A DNA stretch of 64,000 nucleotides from contig JACPJU010000001.1 in assembly GCA_016187385.1 (NCBI GenBank), forward strand, positions 722,262 to 786,261. Reading direction: 5' to 3'. The notes beneath the pieces are model-generated. The model ran no database searches. It had not been told where the DNA came from and saw only the letters and a list, made by a program, of their open reading frames with translations. This document shows positions 49,383 to 59,346 of this stretch, piece by piece. Source of the DNA: Candidatus Aenigmatarchaeota archaeon. GTDB taxonomy: Archaea > Aenigmatarchaeota > Aenigmatarchaeia > CG10238-14 > SCSR01. The translations under genes were made by a program, and so were the position numbers. Within the stretch, counting starts at the first letter, position 1; the number at the start of each line of letters is the position of its first letter.

Positions 49383-49970
49383 ATGCACAATAGACATAAT
49401 CCACATGACGAAGATTTTATAGATAGGATAGATTCGTATCTATTAAGCATTCATGAAAGAATTGGTAAATATTGGCAAGACAAAACTTATAAAAGTAAGA
49501 ATGTACTCACGAGATTTCTTTATCTGGGTTCATCGTTTGGGTTTTTGACGGCTGCTGTAGCATCCAGAGATCCTCAGGAGATGCTTATGTCACTTGCCCC
49601 TCTATATCTTTTAATACGCAATTCTCCTACTAAATACAAAAAATTGTTTGATTGGAAAATCTCCAAAACTCTTAACATGGCTGTATGTACGCTTGGTGGT
49701 ATGGGTGCGATATATGGATTATCAAACCTGGGCTATGGAATAATTTCCGATGACAAATATGCCATTTCGAATGGACTATTCTCTTTAGGTTATGGGTTAG
49801 GAGCTGAATTCATTAGTTCAGCTCTCTATTTAGAGAGGGCTAATTTAGATGACCCACCAAAGAGACCGAAAAGAAAGCCCATTAATGAGTTATTGAAAGA
49901 GAAATTAGGCGGGTTATTGCCACAACCAAGACTTGGTCATAGTCTGACATATGAACTTTATCAAGGGTGA
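49383..49970 (+). CDS. Membrane protein (start trimmed to ATG 49383, downstream of the metK stop)
   Basis: Several hydrophobic helices; the longer track ORF overlaps the metK 3' end. Confidence 0.4.
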   Translation: MHNRHNPHDEDFIDRIDSYLLSIHERIGKYWQDKTYKSKNVLTRFLYLGSSFGFLTAAVASRDPQEMLMSLAPLYLLIRNSPTKYKKLFDWKISKTLNMAVCTLGGMGAIYGLSNLGYGIISDDKYAISNGLFSLGYGLGAEFISSALYLERANLDDPPKRPKRKPINELLKEKLGGLLPQPRLGHSLTYELYQG

Positions 49971-50111
49971 AATTAAAAATTTTCTTTTAGTGGTAAAATG
50001 GATTTTTTCAGTATTAGGACATTTTAAACCGTATTTCTCCCAAGAAATAGACTACTTCTAAGAAATGTTTTAGCGTTGGTTTTTAATCGAGTTTTCAGAA
50101 TTTAATTAGTA

Positions 50112-50369
50112 ATGACATGTGTGACGGATTACAAAAGTACAATAATCGACACGATAAAGTACGCTGATCCTAGATGTGATGATAGTGTTACAGAGTTACT
50201 TTTGCTCCACAGTAGCATTCCGGAACAAGAAAGACAATCTTTTGTCAGAGCTGCCAGAGAAATTATTCAAACGGGACAAGATCCTGATTTGGTTGCAACA
50301 GTAAGCTACGCATCGAATTACTGGAACATGCACAAAACATCAGATCAACCCCGAAGTCGTTATCGTTAA
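50112..50369 (+). CDS. Hypothetical protein
   Basis: 85-aa ORF. Confidence 0.3.
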   Translation: MTCVTDYKSTIIDTIKYADPRCDDSVTELLLLHSSIPEQERQSFVRAAREIIQTGQDPDLVATVSYASNYWNMHKTSDQPRSRYR

Positions 50370-50568
50370 TTGAAAAGGTGTATGAAGATTGAATATAATA
50401 TGCACATGCACTTGCCACAGGGATTATCCATTACTGACACCATTGAAGGGTGTAAAGCCGTTGCTGGGTCACATGTGCTGCAACATGATAAACTTCAAGA
50501 TATGATATTAACACTACGAAACAGATTTTCGAATCAAATATAAGTGCTAATTTTCAGAATTTAGATTA

Positions 50569-51324
50569 ATGAAAGAACTAGAAGTCGCAATAAAAGCTGC
50601 TAAAGAATCCGGCAAAATTTTGAGCAAATACTTTAGAACTAATTTGAAAGTCGATAGAAAGAGCGACAAATCACCGGTTACAATAGCGGATAAGGAATCT
50701 GAAAATGAAATAGTCTCAATCATTAAAGAGTCGTTTCCCGAACATAATTTTTTGGGTGAAGAATTCTCATACGAGAAAACAAAATCGGAATTTACGTGGA
50801 TAATAGACCCGTTGGACGGAACGAAATGCTTTGTGCACGGTCTTCCATTCTTCGGGAATTGCATTGGACTAGAAAAGAACGGGAAAATAGTTGCAGGAGT
50901 TATCAACATGCCTGAAATGGGTACTCTGGCTTTCGCAGAGAAGAGTGGAGGAACTTTTGTGAACGGAAAAAAAGTTAAAGTATCCGACGTGGGAACACTG
51001 GAAGATGCATATGTTGTATTCGGCGATGTGGATGAACTGTTCAGAAACAATTACGGTAATCGATTTTTGCAATTGCTGGGTAAGTGCCAGGGTCATAGAG
51101 GCTATGCGGATACACTTGGTTACATTCTACTTGCACAAGGATATGTCGACATACTTATAGACGGTCCCAAACCATGGGATGTTGCGGCTGCAAAGATAAT
51201 CGTTGAGGAAGCAGGCGGAAAATTTACTGACTTTGAAGGGAAAAGCACGATTTATTCCGATCATACCATAGCGACAAACGGTAAAATCCACAAAAATGTT
51301 GTTGACATATTCGGCAAGATTTAA
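50569..51324 (+). CDS. suhB: Inositol monophosphatase / fructose-1,6-bisphosphatase family protein
   Basis: WIIDPLDGT and ...GEE motifs of the IMPase/FIG superfamily. Confidence 0.8.
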   Translation: MKELEVAIKAAKESGKILSKYFRTNLKVDRKSDKSPVTIADKESENEIVSIIKESFPEHNFLGEEFSYEKTKSEFTWIIDPLDGTKCFVHGLPFFGNCIGLEKNGKIVAGVINMPEMGTLAFAEKSGGTFVNGKKVKVSDVGTLEDAYVVFGDVDELFRNNYGNRFLQLLGKCQGHRGYADTLGYILLAQGYVDILIDGPKPWDVAAAKIIVEEAGGKFTDFEGKSTIYSDHTIATNGKIHKNVVDIFGKI

Positions 51325-51354
51325 ACTTTTACCTTTAATTATAATAAGATTCGA

Positions 51355-51927
51355 ATGATACTCTCAGACAGGGAAATCAAGGAATACATAACAAATGGCA
51401 AATTGAAGATTGACAACATGGAAGATCCACATATCCAGATACAGCCATCAGGCGTTGATTTGAGGCTTGGAAATGATTTTCGAATGTTCAAAGTTATATC
51501 TGTCCCGTACATAGACCCCAAACATCCAATCGAGAACTATACAGAGCTTATAAAAATAGAGGACGACGAACCTTTTATTCTACATCCTGGCGAATTTGTT
51601 CTCGCATCAGTAAAAGAACACATATCAATGCCGCTTGACTTGGTCGGGATAATCGACGGCAGGTCCAGCCTGGGAAGACTGGGCATAGCTGTCCATACGA
51701 CTTCTGCTGGAGTTAATCCCGGATGGGAAGGAACTTTGACATTGGAGGTTGCGAACATAGGAAAAATGCCCGTTGCATTGTACGCGGGGATGAGGGTTGC
51801 GAAGATAACATTCGCGAAACTGACTTCAGAGCCTGAAGTTCCTTACGGAAAGAGGGGTAATGAAAAGTATCAGGGTCAAGACAGCTTGGACGAAAGCAAG
51901 ATTTTCAAGGATTTCAAGTGGAAGTAG
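51355..51927 (+). CDS. dcd: dCTP deaminase (dUTPase superfamily)
   Basis: MILSDREIKEYI..., GVDLRLG, IDGRSSLGRLG motifs. Confidence 0.85.
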   Translation: MILSDREIKEYITNGKLKIDNMEDPHIQIQPSGVDLRLGNDFRMFKVISVPYIDPKHPIENYTELIKIEDDEPFILHPGEFVLASVKEHISMPLDLVGIIDGRSSLGRLGIAVHTTSAGVNPGWEGTLTLEVANIGKMPVALYAGMRVAKITFAKLTSEPEVPYGKRGNEKYQGQDSLDESKIFKDFKWK

Positions 51928-51978
51928 ACTTCTGATGCATTTAAATAATTTTCCATACTGATAACTTTACAGAATGGT

Positions 51979-52605
51979 TTGATGATGAAAATGGCTAATA
52001 TTAACGATGTTGATAGTGCAAGAAAAGCATTGACTAACGGTTCAATTGATTTATACAGGAAAGCCGTGGAAACTTTAAGAGATGCCGGCATAGATATAAA
52101 CCAAGATCCATATGTGAAAAGGGCCAAGATACAATTCTGCGAATTATTTAGAGTGGCTTACGACCATCACAGAGTAATTCACGATATGCAAATGTCGACT
52201 GGTATAACACATGAAGATGGAAATAGACTATTATATATAGCAAAAGAGCGACTGGTTGGCAATGACCGTTATCATGGCATGCCCCCTTTGAAAAGGGCAT
52301 TATATGAAACGTTCCAAATGTTGTTTGACATGGAATCTGTTTACGCATCTGCAAAAATGGCTAGAGTGTTGCAAGCCACTGAACTGTATGTTGATAATGA
52401 TATGAGAGACTTGGTACATTCCGCCTTAGAATTGAGCGAATCTGGTAGCCTAATTTACGACAGAAGGCCAATACACCCATTTACCATGAGGATGCCATTT
52501 GTCGTCAAATTGCATCCGCCTAGTGTTAGGTTACGCCAGCCGGAATTCAGTTGGTTCAAAATAATTTCCATTAAATATAGAGTCAAGAAATCACTGGAAA
52601 AATAA
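51979..52605 (+). CDS. Hypothetical protein between dcd and the thyA-like gene
   Basis: 208-aa ORF, no motif recognised. Confidence 0.35.
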   Translation: MMMKMANINDVDSARKALTNGSIDLYRKAVETLRDAGIDINQDPYVKRAKIQFCELFRVAYDHHRVIHDMQMSTGITHEDGNRLLYIAKERLVGNDRYHGMPPLKRALYETFQMLFDMESVYASAKMARVLQATELYVDNDMRDLVHSALELSESGSLIYDRRPIHPFTMRMPFVVKLHPPSVRLRQPEFSWFKIISIKYRVKKSLEK

Positions 52606-52614
52606 AATCAATAA

Positions 52615-54375
52615 TCAGCTCACTATCCTTTCTCCTGTAGGCAATTCTATCGGATTGTCATATTTGTATTCTATTCCGAGCTTCATGCATATCTCGGCTT
52701 TCGCAAGTTCGGAACCGATGAATGCCGCATGATCAGTTCGTGAAATCAATTTGAAGTGTTTCATCTTGTACATCAATTCCTTCGCGCTCTTTCCATCAGT
52801 TTCGAACAACAAGTCGCCAGTTTTCAAATCCTGTAATTTCAATTTTATCGTACCGTCCAGAACAGCTATGTTCACAACACCACGATGGTCTGAATCTATA
52901 TCGGGATCGAAGTACATACGGACCTGTTTATCATTTATCTGTTCCTGCAATAATTTTTCAACGGTTTCCCAGTCTCTTTGGTAGATGTGGGCGGACTCTG
53001 ATTCTATTATGACATAACCTGGTTTGTAACCTGTTTCTTTTGCAATCTTGCCAAGCAGTCTTGTTATGCCATAGAAATTAAAGAACCAAGCCTGCGCAGT
53101 ATCGTGGCTTCTTACAAAGACATGAACATCTATCTTGTCGTTCCTTACAGAGAATGAGAATTTCAACAAACAAGGCCTGCCACTCTCCAATTTTGAATGA
53201 TATCTCACGTCCCACATTATAATTTCTTTATCGAGATCGTCCTTCTTCCTTTTGATTCTGTCAATCACATTAGCTACTTGGTCAGTTGTGGGAATCAACC
53301 CTTCTATAAGAACTTCTAATTTTTCTTTATCGGTTAAAGAACTCTTATTAACATCCATTACAAGCTTCTGTGTCGCTTTGCTGTCCATCTTGGAATTGAT
53401 AATCAGAAGATTCTTTGCGGCATCATAACCGCCTTTCTCAAATAATTTTTTTACAGTATTTTCAACTTCCTCCGGTCTTGGAAAAGCGTACATAAGTTCT
53501 GCATAGAGATACGAATAATCGCGCGGTCTTTCAAACTTTACAACATTTTCGAAGATTTCTTTTCTATAAATCTCGGGTGAGAATTGAGTTTGATAATAAT
53601 TCTCCAGGCTTTCTTTTGATATTCCAAGCGCCTTTGTATTCAACAACCAATCAGACAAGACAATATTATCAGGATCTTCACCTTCAACCACAACAATAGG
53701 TCCCCTTATTTCCTTCACATCCTCGCCGCCTGTATCTATTGGTGTCTTCTGTCCGTATTTCCAGATGTGGTACAACAACGAAAGAAAAGCGTCAGAACCT
53801 TTTTTCTCTCTTATCGGGAATGAAAATCCTTCTGAAGGAAATGTCTCTGGAGCCTTGACGACAAACTCAGGAAACTTTACTGGCTCCATGTATTTTTCTG
53901 TTGGTGAATTAGGTAACGCATTCAAATCCAGATTTTGTTGTCCACTCAATTCATGCGCTGTGACATTTTTTAAAATGGTACCAACTACAGGTGTATCAAT
54001 CTCTTCCAAAAGTTTGAATGGCGTGTTTACTATTTGCTTCTGCTCATCTATTCCGTTCTTCCACAATTCCAAAAGTGCGTTCTTGCCTGCTAGTCCTATA
54101 TTTGTATTGCTCAGCTTGTCCGGACCCCAGATTACAAGATGCCGTATGTTGGGATTGAGCGCGAGATTGTAAAGAATGACATTAACGCCGAACGGTGACC
54201 TCAGGTTTCCTATCACAGCGAATTTTTCCTTGAATTCGGGGTGGAAATTCAAGACTCTGTCTACATCCTGCCATACAACGCACAGTGCAAGAGAACTTTT
54301 GCTGTTTCCGATGACGACAGGAAACTCTGGATGTTTGTATAGCTCCAGGCCGTCTACAACCGATGTATATGACAT
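52615..54375 (-). CDS. thyA: Thymidylate-synthase (ThyA) family enzyme with a ~190-aa N-terminal extension
   Basis: C-terminal region aligns with the ThyA core: RPCLLKF (PCH Cys), FVRSHD (YQRS.D), FFNFYG (PFN Asn), AHIYQRD (HLY.NH). Region ~195-230 (LSLLYHIWKYG...TGG) resembles the ThyA N-terminal block; the first ~190 aa are unassigned. Confidence 0.65.
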   Translation of the reverse strand: MSYTSVVDGLELYKHPEFPVVIGNSKSSLALCVVWQDVDRVLNFHPEFKEKFAVIGNLRSPFGVNVILYNLALNPNIRHLVIWGPDKLSNTNIGLAGKNALLELWKNGIDEQKQIVNTPFKLLEEIDTPVVGTILKNVTAHELSGQQNLDLNALPNSPTEKYMEPVKFPEFVVKAPETFPSEGFSFPIREKKGSDAFLSLLYHIWKYGQKTPIDTGGEDVKEIRGPIVVVEGEDPDNIVLSDWLLNTKALGISKESLENYYQTQFSPEIYRKEIFENVVKFERPRDYSYLYAELMYAFPRPEEVENTVKKLFEKGGYDAAKNLLIINSKMDSKATQKLVMDVNKSSLTDKEKLEVLIEGLIPTTDQVANVIDRIKRKKDDLDKEIIMWDVRYHSKLESGRPCLLKFSFSVRNDKIDVHVFVRSHDTAQAWFFNFYGITRLLGKIAKETGYKPGYVIIESESAHIYQRDWETVEKLLQEQINDKQVRMYFDPDIDSDHRGVVNIAVLDGTIKLKLQDLKTGDLLFETDGKSAKELMYKMKHFKLISRTDHAAFIGSELAKAEICMKLGIEYKYDNPIELPTGERIVS

Positions 54376-54437
54376 GGTTAAGAAATGGTTTTTAAAAATT
54401 TATAACTGTTTTCTTTTATGTTCCACAAATATTACTC

Positions 54438-54803
54438 ATGAAAGTTGTATATTTGACTATTGAAGAGGTTGTTAAAATACATGAGGATATGATAAAAGAA
54501 ACGGGTGGTCATCCTGGCATAATTTCTTATGGAAATTTGGATTTTACAGTTAACCAAGCGAAAATACCAAAGAACATAGAAAGAATAGCTACTACTTTAT
54601 TTTATGGTATTCTTACCAGTCATCCATTTATTGACGGAAACAAAAGAACCGCTATTTCTGTTCTTGAAACATTTTTGGAAGAAAATGATGCGAGATTAGT
54701 AGCAAAAAACGAAGAACTTTGGAATATAGTTCATATCGTATCAGAAGGAAAGCTTAAATTTGAAGAAGTTGTAAAATGGATTAAAGAAGTGGTTAAATGG
54801 TAA
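54438..54803 (+). CDS. doc: Fic/Doc (death-on-curing) family toxin
   Basis: HPFIDGNKRTA matches the Fic/Doc core motif H.F.(D/E)GN(G/K)R. Confidence 0.65.
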   Translation: MKVVYLTIEEVVKIHEDMIKETGGHPGIISYGNLDFTVNQAKIPKNIERIATTLFYGILTSHPFIDGNKRTAISVLETFLEENDARLVAKNEELWNIVHIVSEGKLKFEEVVKWIKEVVKW

Positions 54804-54898
54804 GAGAAAGAGTGATTAAAAGGGCTAGGACGATACTCGAAAAAAGGAGAGAGCTTTTTAAAAAACTAGCTGAAGAACACAAATATTTGAAGAAATAG

Positions 54899-55438
54899 TT
54901 ACACTTGTTTCTCCTTGCCTTCTGTCGTCACTCTTCCGCCCTGCCACTGGCCGCGATAAGAATTGACATCCCCCTCCACCAAATGAAACTGGGCATGAAC
55001 AATCCTGGCACCCATCTCCAAAGTCACAGGAACTGGACCGTCATTCTTTATCCCGAATATTAGCTCACCTTTGTAGCCAGGCGCGACATTTCCTGTTCTT
55101 ATGTGAAGGCCAGACCTGAAGGTAGTTGTCCTGGGTTTGAAGTTTATGGTTATGTTTTGCGGAGTGTTCACCTTCTCGATTGTCTTTGCGAGATAGAACT
55201 CACCCGGCTGGATGATATGTGATTGTATGTTTCCATTTTCAAATCTTACTATACTCTCTATATCAGGCGTCTGTCTTTCTGTCACGCCAAGAAATGCATT
55301 GCCTTTTATTTTAAACAATTCACCGATTCTCAGGTCGAATCCAGCCCCTTCGGGATTCGTAAGCTCCCTTTCGGAAAGATTTTCAACAAGATTCTGCTCT
55401 TTCACCAGTTTCAACAGGATGTCTGTGCCGAGGATCAT
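54899..55438 (-). CDS. Second dCTP deaminase/dUTPase-family paralog (start trimmed to MILGTD at 55438)
   Basis: MILGTDILLKLV..., GFDLRIG, and a partially degenerate dcd-like loop. Confidence 0.7.
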   Translation of the reverse strand: MILGTDILLKLVKEQNLVENLSERELTNPEGAGFDLRIGELFKIKGNAFLGVTERQTPDIESIVRFENGNIQSHIIQPGEFYLAKTIEKVNTPQNITINFKPRTTTFRSGLHIRTGNVAPGYKGELIFGIKNDGPVPVTLEMGARIVHAQFHLVEGDVNSYRGQWQGGRVTTEGKEKQV

Positions 55439-55473
55439 ACTTGTTATTCTGATAGAAGAAATATAAACTTGAA

Positions 55474-56103
55474 TTAGTCGGCCTTCTGAGCAACGCCCCG
55501 CAAATGGTCGGCAAGAAAACTGTACAGATTCACAACAAACTTCCCTAGAGGTGACTTGTATCCGCCCAATATATTTGACGTTCTTAGAGCAACGTCCTCG
55601 CTCACACATTCAATCATCTGGAACCTGTCACCGACGTACTCGCTGGACAACGGTTCGTATGTGTGGTTTACACCATTGAGCCTGTCGTTTAGGACCTTTA
55701 TTGTTCGCAAGTGATTCGGACTGCTCACGTTCGTAACTTCCCTGAAGCCACGTTCTTCGAGGACTGGTTTCATTTCTACGGCAGCATCAAGTGTTGTTCT
55801 TACGATAGGCAGTTCAATAACATTTTCTTCGGGAAAGTTCAGCTCTTTAGCGATTTCTTTTTGGCGCGTCAATTGTTCCCTTGTTCCTGTTGTCACAACA
55901 ATCGCATTGTACCTTCTTGCGAAATTATATGCATTGTATATTTTCTCTGCAGGACCGCCCGCGTGAAATGAAACGGCATCAGGCGATTTTGCTCTGTATG
56001 AAGTTATGTCGGATCTTGCGCATGTTGTGTACGATGGAACTGTGAATACCAATCCTGCTGCAAGAGCACCACCTACAACAGATGCCAAAATACGCTTTCG
56101 CAT
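55474..56103 (-). CDS. DUF218 (YdcF/ElyC-like) domain protein with signal anchor (start trimmed to 56103)
   Basis: N-terminal transmembrane helix; ...IVVTTG...SSPNHLRT pattern of DUF218. Confidence 0.45.
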   Translation of the reverse strand: MRKRILASVVGGALAAGLVFTVPSYTTCARSDITSYRAKSPDAVSFHAGGPAEKIYNAYNFARRYNAIVVTTGTREQLTRQKEIAKELNFPEENVIELPIVRTTLDAAVEMKPVLEERGFREVTNVSSPNHLRTIKVLNDRLNGVNHTYEPLSSEYVGDRFQMIECVSEDVALRTSNILGGYKSPLGKFVVNLYSFLADHLRGVAQKAD

Positions 56104-56131
56104 GTCCATAACTTCAGTAGAAAGATTCTTA

Positions 56132-56671
56132 TTATTTGTCTTTCCTGTACACCAGCCAACTGGAGAAGAACGCGATGAGATAGAAAACAACCAAATCAAA
56201 TCCCAGTCTTATGAACATCAATGACAAGGGCGTGTTTACTAGTTCTGTTAATATAGCTGCATCGAGCGTCATATACGGCATGATGTAAAAGGAAAACAAG
56301 GGTGCGTAAATTAAAGTGTCTGTTATGTAGAAGATTGCATAGCCCGTGAGCATCAAGATGAGATTGATTTTGTTCGGTTTCATCCATCCTAAGAAGGATT
56401 TGCGATTTGATGGTTTGAATTTTTGTATGATTTTCAGATTCAGGAACCAAAAAGTGAATGACGCCAATAAATAGAATGTGACCAACTCCTGCAAAAGCCG
56501 CAGTATCCAAAAGGAAATTGGCGCGTTGAATATAATGTCTGTAACTTCGGGCGTCAGAATCACTTCTGCTGGGCTTAGAACCAGAATGTCCAGAATATAG
56601 AAGATGAAGAAACTGGAGACTGTTATCAGGAATTTTTCCTTGTTCGGTTTCAGGAAATTCGTCAGACTCAT
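56132..56671 (-). CDS. Polytopic membrane protein
   Basis: Four to five hydrophobic helices. Confidence 0.4.
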   Translation of the reverse strand: MSLTNFLKPNKEKFLITVSSFFIFYILDILVLSPAEVILTPEVTDIIFNAPISFWILRLLQELVTFYLLASFTFWFLNLKIIQKFKPSNRKSFLGWMKPNKINLILMLTGYAIFYITDTLIYAPLFSFYIMPYMTLDAAILTELVNTPLSLMFIRLGFDLVVFYLIAFFSSWLVYRKDK

Positions 56672-56696
56672 TTAATTTTATTTGGATCCGGCAATA

Positions 56697-57269
56697 TTAA
56701 GCTTGAGAAATCTGGCTCGTGACATCCTCAATTTTTTTCTTGAAGTCTTCCAGGCTTCCGTCATTCTCTATGACAACATCAGCCATCTCGATGCAATCTC
56801 TCACATGCTGGCCGTATTCCGGCTGGTCTTTACCTTGTTCGCGTTCATCAGCGGCAGCAAATTCTTCCCATGTCTTCGGATCGTTCTCCCGATGTCTTTT
56901 CGACAGTCTTTCGAATCTCACCTGCTGGGGAGCATCGACGGCAATCAGTTTGAATCCTTCACCAAATTTTTCCTTGAAATAGTCTGCTTCGGCCGGGTTT
57001 CTTATGCCATCAATAATTTTTATCTTGTCGGTAGGTTTCATGAATCCTGATGCAATCTTTGCGAGCACGAACGGACCATATTTCTGGCGAAGCTCGTCCC
57101 CCATGTTCTGGTACATTGTACGGGTGATTGCAACATTTCTTTTCTTGAAAGGAGTTGTGTCTATAAGATCGGACAGTCTTAATGAACTTGTATTGAACTT
57201 CTTTTCCAGCATTTCCCTGACAATGTCCTTGCCAGCGCCCATGGTTCCTGTAAGGCCAATAACCAGCAT
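56697..57269 (-). CDS. P-loop nucleoside/nucleotide kinase (UPF0200/dNMP-kinase-like)
   Basis: MLVIGLTGTMGAGKD Walker A at the extreme N-terminus; small kinase size (190 aa). Confidence 0.55.
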   Translation of the reverse strand: MLVIGLTGTMGAGKDIVREMLEKKFNTSSLRLSDLIDTTPFKKRNVAITRTMYQNMGDELRQKYGPFVLAKIASGFMKPTDKIKIIDGIRNPAEADYFKEKFGEGFKLIAVDAPQQVRFERLSKRHRENDPKTWEEFAAADEREQGKDQPEYGQHVRDCIEMADVVIENDGSLEDFKKKIEDVTSQISQA

Positions 57270-57339
57270 AAATAATTATTTTAGGGTTAAACGAATATAA
57301 AGTAGTATTATATTGGGGAAAAACTCGCATAATATATCT

Positions 57340-57798
57340 ATGAAAATTTATTTTGATACTGGAATTATCTATCCTACTTTTGAAAAACAAGTCAAGAATC
57401 TCCCACCACCGAAAGTTTCAAAGTTTCTTTATAATGTAAAAGATAGACACGAATATTTTGTTTCTAATTTGACTAAAGCAGAGGTATTTAGAAAAATGCA
57501 TAATGATCTAGGCGTGGATTCTGAAGATTGCTATACTCTGTGGAAATCTTTTCGACAATCGATGAATGTAGTAGAAATCTTCATTGAAGAGGATGAAGAT
57601 AAAATCAGTTTTGAAGATATAGCAAAAATGATGTCGGAAAGGCCAGCACCAAGAGGAATAATTGTGAACATTATTCATTTGCTTGCAGCTAAAAATCATG
57701 AACTTACAGTATTAACCAGTGACGAAATCCTGAAGAATAGGTTTAAAGTTTATTATACTAACATTATGACTTATGATGAGCTTAGAAAGATTTCTTAG
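57340..57798 (+). CDS. PIN-like domain protein (start at MKIYFD)
   Basis: MKIYFDTGIIY...LTVLTSDEIL resembles a PIN fold with conserved Asp positions. Confidence 0.4.
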   Translation: MKIYFDTGIIYPTFEKQVKNLPPPKVSKFLYNVKDRHEYFVSNLTKAEVFRKMHNDLGVDSEDCYTLWKSFRQSMNVVEIFIEEDEDKISFEDIAKMMSERPAPRGIIVNIIHLLAAKNHELTVLTSDEILKNRFKVYYTNIMTYDELRKIS

Positions 57799-58023
57799 CG
57801 TATTTGCTGAGTATTTTTCTTTGAATTGTTGTAGCTTCCTCTAGCGTAATTGTCTTTTTAGGTACTGATACCTTCACATTATGACCGTTGAGCCTTATTG
57901 TTTTTATTTCGAAGTCTTTGTCTTCTTTCATAAGCATTATATTGACAAAAGCGTATTTATAGTTTTTAGATTAGACAATGTCCTTGCCGAAAGCTCTTAT
58001 ATTTATCAGACTACAGATTATAT

Positions 58024-58776
58024 ATGCCTACAAGAAGAGATATACAAATTCGAGATGCTGAACTAAGACTCTTCTCCGACCCTAGTTTACATAATCTTGG
58101 AGAATTGGAAAGGATAACAGAAGGCGAATCAAATGAAGTAAGGGATCGTTATGCTCCCGCAATCTATGTTAGAGAGGCGATTGGTTGTTTGGGAGAAGAT
58201 GATCCTGTGGGTACTTATAATCTACCAGGGGCAATAGAATTTTTCAAGAAGTCTGGTATGCATCCACGTGAATATTCCGATTTATTCATTTATGCCATGA
58301 AAAGAACGAGACATCTATTAAGAGATCCTAAGGGTGCTTTTGGAACACTCGGAAACCTTGGTATAGACTATAAAAATGATCCTGTTAAACAACAGATTCT
58401 AAGTTATTTGAGTCAAGAAGTGATAGGACATCCAACAGAAGTGTTTGCAGTACTTCCTTACTTAAATGAAGAACATCATATTGAACAATTCGCGAATGAT
58501 TTCTACAACATGATTTTACAGAAGGGATTTTACGGCACTATAAATGTATCTGAAATAGAGTCGCAAACTGGTATCCCATTTCCGATAGAAAAAGCCGATA
58601 TACATTTGCAGTACATCAGATATCGTGGAGAAGGTGAAGAAGCACTATCTTACATCAAATATCTTAAAGAGATGGGAGTAAAGCTTTCGCCCTATTTAAA
58701 GGAAATAGAAAAAGAACTTGGTGGGGGACCATCTAGAAAAATCTTAGGGGTTCCTATCGGACGTTTTTCTTTCTGA
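58024..58776 (+). CDS. Hypothetical protein
   Basis: 250-aa ORF, no motif recognised. Confidence 0.35.
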   Translation: MPTRRDIQIRDAELRLFSDPSLHNLGELERITEGESNEVRDRYAPAIYVREAIGCLGEDDPVGTYNLPGAIEFFKKSGMHPREYSDLFIYAMKRTRHLLRDPKGAFGTLGNLGIDYKNDPVKQQILSYLSQEVIGHPTEVFAVLPYLNEEHHIEQFANDFYNMILQKGFYGTINVSEIESQTGIPFPIEKADIHLQYIRYRGEGEEALSYIKYLKEMGVKLSPYLKEIEKELGGGPSRKILGVPIGRFSF

Positions 58777-58829
58777 TAAAATTATAAAATTTATATAAGC
58801 ATGTTTCCAGAATAGATTAAAGTGATTTC

Positions 58830-59342
58830 ATGGCAGGATTGAGACCGGGAAGATCCGTAAGAAGGATAGAAAGGCCTTGGACGAGATATTCCACTAAGAA
58901 AAGCAAAAGCTACATACCAACTCTGCCAGGTGTAAAGATACATACATTCAACATGGGCGAGCCTAACCCTAATTTTGATGCTACCCTCAATCTCGTGGCC
59001 AAGAACGGCGTGCAACTTCGGGACAATGCTCTTGAGGCGGGAAGAATCGTTGCCCAGAATTTCCTGGAAAAGAAACTGGCCAAGAACTATTCCATGAAAG
59101 TTTTGGTCTATCCGCATCAGGTCATAAGGGAAAAACCACTGGCTCAGGGAGCTGGTGCAGACCGTTATTCGCGAGGCATGAAGCTGGCATTCGGCAAGCC
59201 TACAAGAAGGGCTGTGCAAACTAGAGCTGGACAGTCTCTCATAAAGCTGAAGACATTCAAGGCAAACATACCTACCGCCAAACTCGCTTTGAAGAGGGCT
59301 TCCGCAAAGCTACCAACACCGACAAGAATCGTTGTAGAGTGA
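58830..59342 (+). CDS. rpl10e: Ribosomal protein uL16 (L10e)
   Basis: MAGLRPGRSVRRIERPWTRYS... classical archaeal L10e N-terminus. Confidence 0.85.
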   Translation: MAGLRPGRSVRRIERPWTRYSTKKSKSYIPTLPGVKIHTFNMGEPNPNFDATLNLVAKNGVQLRDNALEAGRIVAQNFLEKKLAKNYSMKVLVYPHQVIREKPLAQGAGADRYSRGMKLAFGKPTRRAVQTRAGQSLIKLKTFKANIPTAKLALKRASAKLPTPTRIVVE

Positions 59343-59346
59343 GACG

